Below, piece after piece: positions 8,045 through 10,168 of a stretch of 10,168 bases of DNA; the first letter of the stretch is position 1; each line of letters opens with the position of its first letter. The notes below the pieces were generated by a model that ran no database searches, was not told the origin of the DNA, and saw only the letters and a list, made by a program, of their open reading frames with translations. The position numbers and the translations under genes are program-made. This stretch comes from a virus, in UHGV virus genome UHGV-1558260; one strand, given 5' to 3'.

Positions 8045-8323
8045 ATGCAACTTACAAGTACTCGCAAGAAAGCGAATGCAATTACAAGCAACATCCTGAA
8101 TCGAATTGCTGTACGTGGCCAGCGAAAGGTTGCCGACGCGTTAGGGATTAATGAATCGCAAATTTCGCGATGGAAAGACAGCTTCATCCCAAAAATGGGA
8201 ATGCTTCTGGCTGTTCTTGAATGGGGTGTTGAAGACGAGGAGTTGGCGGAACTGGCTAAGAAAGTAGCCAGAATGCTGACAAAAGAAAAAGCCCCGAAGA
8301 ACGGCGAATTCTTCGAGGCCTGA
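8045..8323 (+). CDS. cII: CII-like transcriptional activator (divergent from lambda CII)
   Basis: ATG at 8045 with AAGGAA SD (track ORF 7985..8323 is an upstream extension). 92 aa MQLTSTRKKANAITSNILNRIAVRGQRKVADALGINESQISRWKDSFIPKMGMLLAVLEWGVEDEEL...; the QISRWK and LLAVLEWGV motifs are shared with lambda CII. Confidence 0.8.
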   Translation: MQLTSTRKKANAITSNILNRIAVRGQRKVADALGINESQISRWKDSFIPKMGMLLAVLEWGVEDEELAELAKKVARMLTKEKAPKNGEFFEA

Positions 8324-8357
8324 TGTAGAAAGACTGGATCAATCCACAGGAGTAATT

Positions 8358-8519
8358 ATGACAAAACGTCGTAAGAAATACCAGGAAAAAGAAGAGATTC
8401 GACACCCTGATTCACCTGAGGGATTAGTGGTAGCCGCAGCAAATAACAGGGCGTTCGCAGAGCGCCTTGTTGGTGTTTACAGACTAGCCAAAGCAGGAGT
8501 GAAACATGGGCGTCGTTAA
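8358..8519 (+). CDS. small basic ORF (53 aa) between cII and the O-like gene, speculative
   Basis: ATG at 8358 with AGGAG 6 nt upstream; encodes [53 protein letters not shown]; overlaps the O-like start by 14 nt. Below the ORF-track cutoff. Confidence 0.35.
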   Translation: MTKRRKKYQEKEEIRHPDSPEGLVVAAANNRAFAERLVGVYRLAKAGVKHGRR

Positions 8520-9327
8520 GTTAGCTGATTACAGGCCTCAACTGGAGGTCGTGGAGCATCGCGTGGCAGATACCGAAGATGGTTTCATGCGCGTTGCTAA
8601 CGAGATTACCGACAGTCTGCTGATGGCTGATTTAACCGTCCGGCAGATGAAGGTGATGCTCGCTATCATGCGCAAGACATACGGATTCAATAAGCCGATG
8701 GATCGACTCACAAACACGCAGATAGCAGCCATGACAGGTATTCATCACACTCATGTTTGCGCTGCCAAGCGCCAGCTTATTGAGCGTAAATTCCTCATTG
8801 CTGATGGCGTGAAAATCGGAGTGAACAAGGTGGTTTCGCAGTGGATTAGCCAGGACAGCTTAACATTAGCTAAAACAGCTAATAAAACATTAGCCGAGTC
8901 GGCTAATGGGTATAAGCCAAGTCAGCTAAACACAAAAGACAATATACAAAAGACAATAAATACAAATACCCCCTTACCCCCTAACGGGGGCGGCGATGGG
9001 CAGGTTAAACCTGAACGTCGCAAGGCAGAACGAATCGACTACGAATCCTTCCTGAACGCCTACAACACCGAAGTCGGTGACAGACTTCCACACGCTGTTG
9101 CGGTCAACGAAAAACGCAAACGCCGCCTGAAGAAAATCATCCCGCAACTGAAAACGCCAAACGTGGACGGTTTCAGAGCGTATGTCAGGGCGTTTGTGCA
9201 TCAGGCCAAGCCGTTTTACTTCGGAGATAACGACACGGGCTGGACGGCTGATTTTGATTACCTGCTGAGGGAAGATTCGTTAACGGGAGTTCGGGAAGGG
9301 AAGTTTGCAGACAGGGGGATTGCATGA
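8506..9327 (+). CDS. replication initiator, lambda-O-like N-terminal domain with a non-lambda C-terminal domain
   Basis: 273 aa; [38 protein letters not shown] aligns with lambda O DLTKRQFKVLLAILRKTYGWNKPMDRITDSQL; AGGAG SD; the gene contains the iteron array; ATGA-coupled to the helicase gene. Confidence 0.85.
   Translation: MGVVKLADYRPQLEVVEHRVADTEDGFMRVANEITDSLLMADLTVRQMKVMLAIMRKTYGFNKPMDRLTNTQIAAMTGIHHTHVCAAKRQLIERKFLIADGVKIGVNKVVSQWISQDSLTLAKTANKTLAESANGYKPSQLNTKDNIQKTINTNTPLPPNGGGDGQVKPERRKAERIDYESFLNAYNTEVGDRLPHAVAVNEKRKRRLKKIIPQLKTPNVDGFRAYVRAFVHQAKPFYFGDNDTGWTADFDYLLREDSLTGVREGKFADRGIA
8846..8990. other. putative replication origin: four about 19-bp iterons (ATTAGC-N7-GCTAAT type), A-rich tract, then C5/G5 inverted repeat
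   Basis: attagccaggacagcttaa (8846-8864), attagctaaaacagctaat (8865-8883), attagccgagtcggctaat (8889-8907), ataagccaagtcagctaaa (8912-8930); A-rich 8931-8968; ccccc...ggggg at 8969-8990. Same layout as lambda ori inside O. Confidence 0.55.
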
Positions 9328-10022
9328 GACAGGATATCGAAGCGAGCGTTATCGGTGGCCTGCTGATTGGTGGATTAACACCAACTGCCAGTGACGTTCT
9401 GGCAACGCTTGAGCCGGAAGCGTTTTCAATTCCGCTCTACCGGAAAGCCTTCGAGGTTATCCGGAAGCAGGCGCGAAACAGAAACCTAATCGACGCGCTG
9501 ATGGTTGCCGAGGCGTGCGGAGAGGAGCATTTCACGTCAATCCTGATGACCAGCAAAAACTGCCCGAGTGCCGCAAACCTGAAGGGATATGCCGGAATGG
9601 TCGCGGATAACTATCACCGCCGTCTGGTGCTGGAAATCATGGATGAAATGCGTGAACCAATTCAGAGCGGAACCATCGATACATCGAGTCAGGCGATGGA
9701 CGAGCTTGTAAAGCGTCTTTCAGCCATCAGAAAGCCCCGTGACGAGGTTAAACCTGTACGGTTAGGGGAAATCATCACTGACTACACTGACACGCTTGAC
9801 AGGCGTCTGAGGAACGGAGAAGAGTCCGATACCCTGAAGACCGGAATCGAAGAACTTGACGCTATCACCGGAGGGATGAACGCGGAAGACCTGGTAATTA
9901 TCGCCGCTCGTCCTGGTATGGGGAAAACCGAACTGGCGCTGAAGATTGCCGAAGGTGTTGCAAGCCGCGTTATTCCTGGTTCTGACGTCCGGAGCGGAGT
10001 ATTGATTTTCTCATGGAAATGA
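9324..10022 (+). CDS. DnaB-family replicative helicase (N-terminal domain plus Walker A); frame closes prematurely
   Basis: 232-aa ORF ending ...[24 protein letters not shown]...GVLIFSWK then stop. Walker A GMGKT present. DnaB-like peptides continue downstream in other frames (EMSA; [12 protein letters not shown]; [21 protein letters not shown] to the window end). Confidence 0.7.
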   Translation: MRQDIEASVIGGLLIGGLTPTASDVLATLEPEAFSIPLYRKAFEVIRKQARNRNLIDALMVAEACGEEHFTSILMTSKNCPSAANLKGYAGMVADNYHRRLVLEIMDEMREPIQSGTIDTSSQAMDELVKRLSAIRKPRDEVKPVRLGEIITDYTDTLDRRLRNGEESDTLKTGIEELDAITGGMNAEDLVIIAARPGMGKTELALKIAEGVASRVIPGSDVRSGVLIFSWK

Positions 10023-10168
10023 GCGCATGCAGATTGCAGAGCGAAGCATTGCCAACGCCGGGGAGGATGTCAGTTAGCGTGCTGCGAAAATCCTGCATCG
10101 ATGGATGACGAAGGCTGGGCGCGTGTTGCTAACGGCATGAGTCAGCTTGCAGATTTGGATGTGTGGGT

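Overview
This window is the early-control region of a lambdoid (lambda-like) enterobacterial prophage, read by eye without any database search. The centre is an immunity cassette that matches phage lambda from memory: three OL operators with pL, nutL, N, cI, three OR operators with pR/pRM, cro and nutR. Left of it, the leftward pL operon runs on the minus strand: N, an 87-aa unknown, an 89-aa/52-aa gene pair, a 322-aa highly charged coiled-coil protein, cIII-like, Kil-like, a 103-aa unknown, a RecT-family recombinase, a Gp157-like protein, a 108-aa unknown and the start of an Ea22-like protein. Right of it, the rightward operon carries a divergent cII homologue, a small ORF, a lambda-O-like initiator with an embedded iteron origin, and a DnaB-family helicase. 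The most interesting locus is an AT-rich 301-aa gene of unknown family sitting exactly where lambda carries rexA/rexB, making it a candidate exclusion or defence gene. Two genes look broken as given: cI is split across three reading frames, and the helicase frame closes just after its Walker A motif; either real decay or indel errors could explain this.
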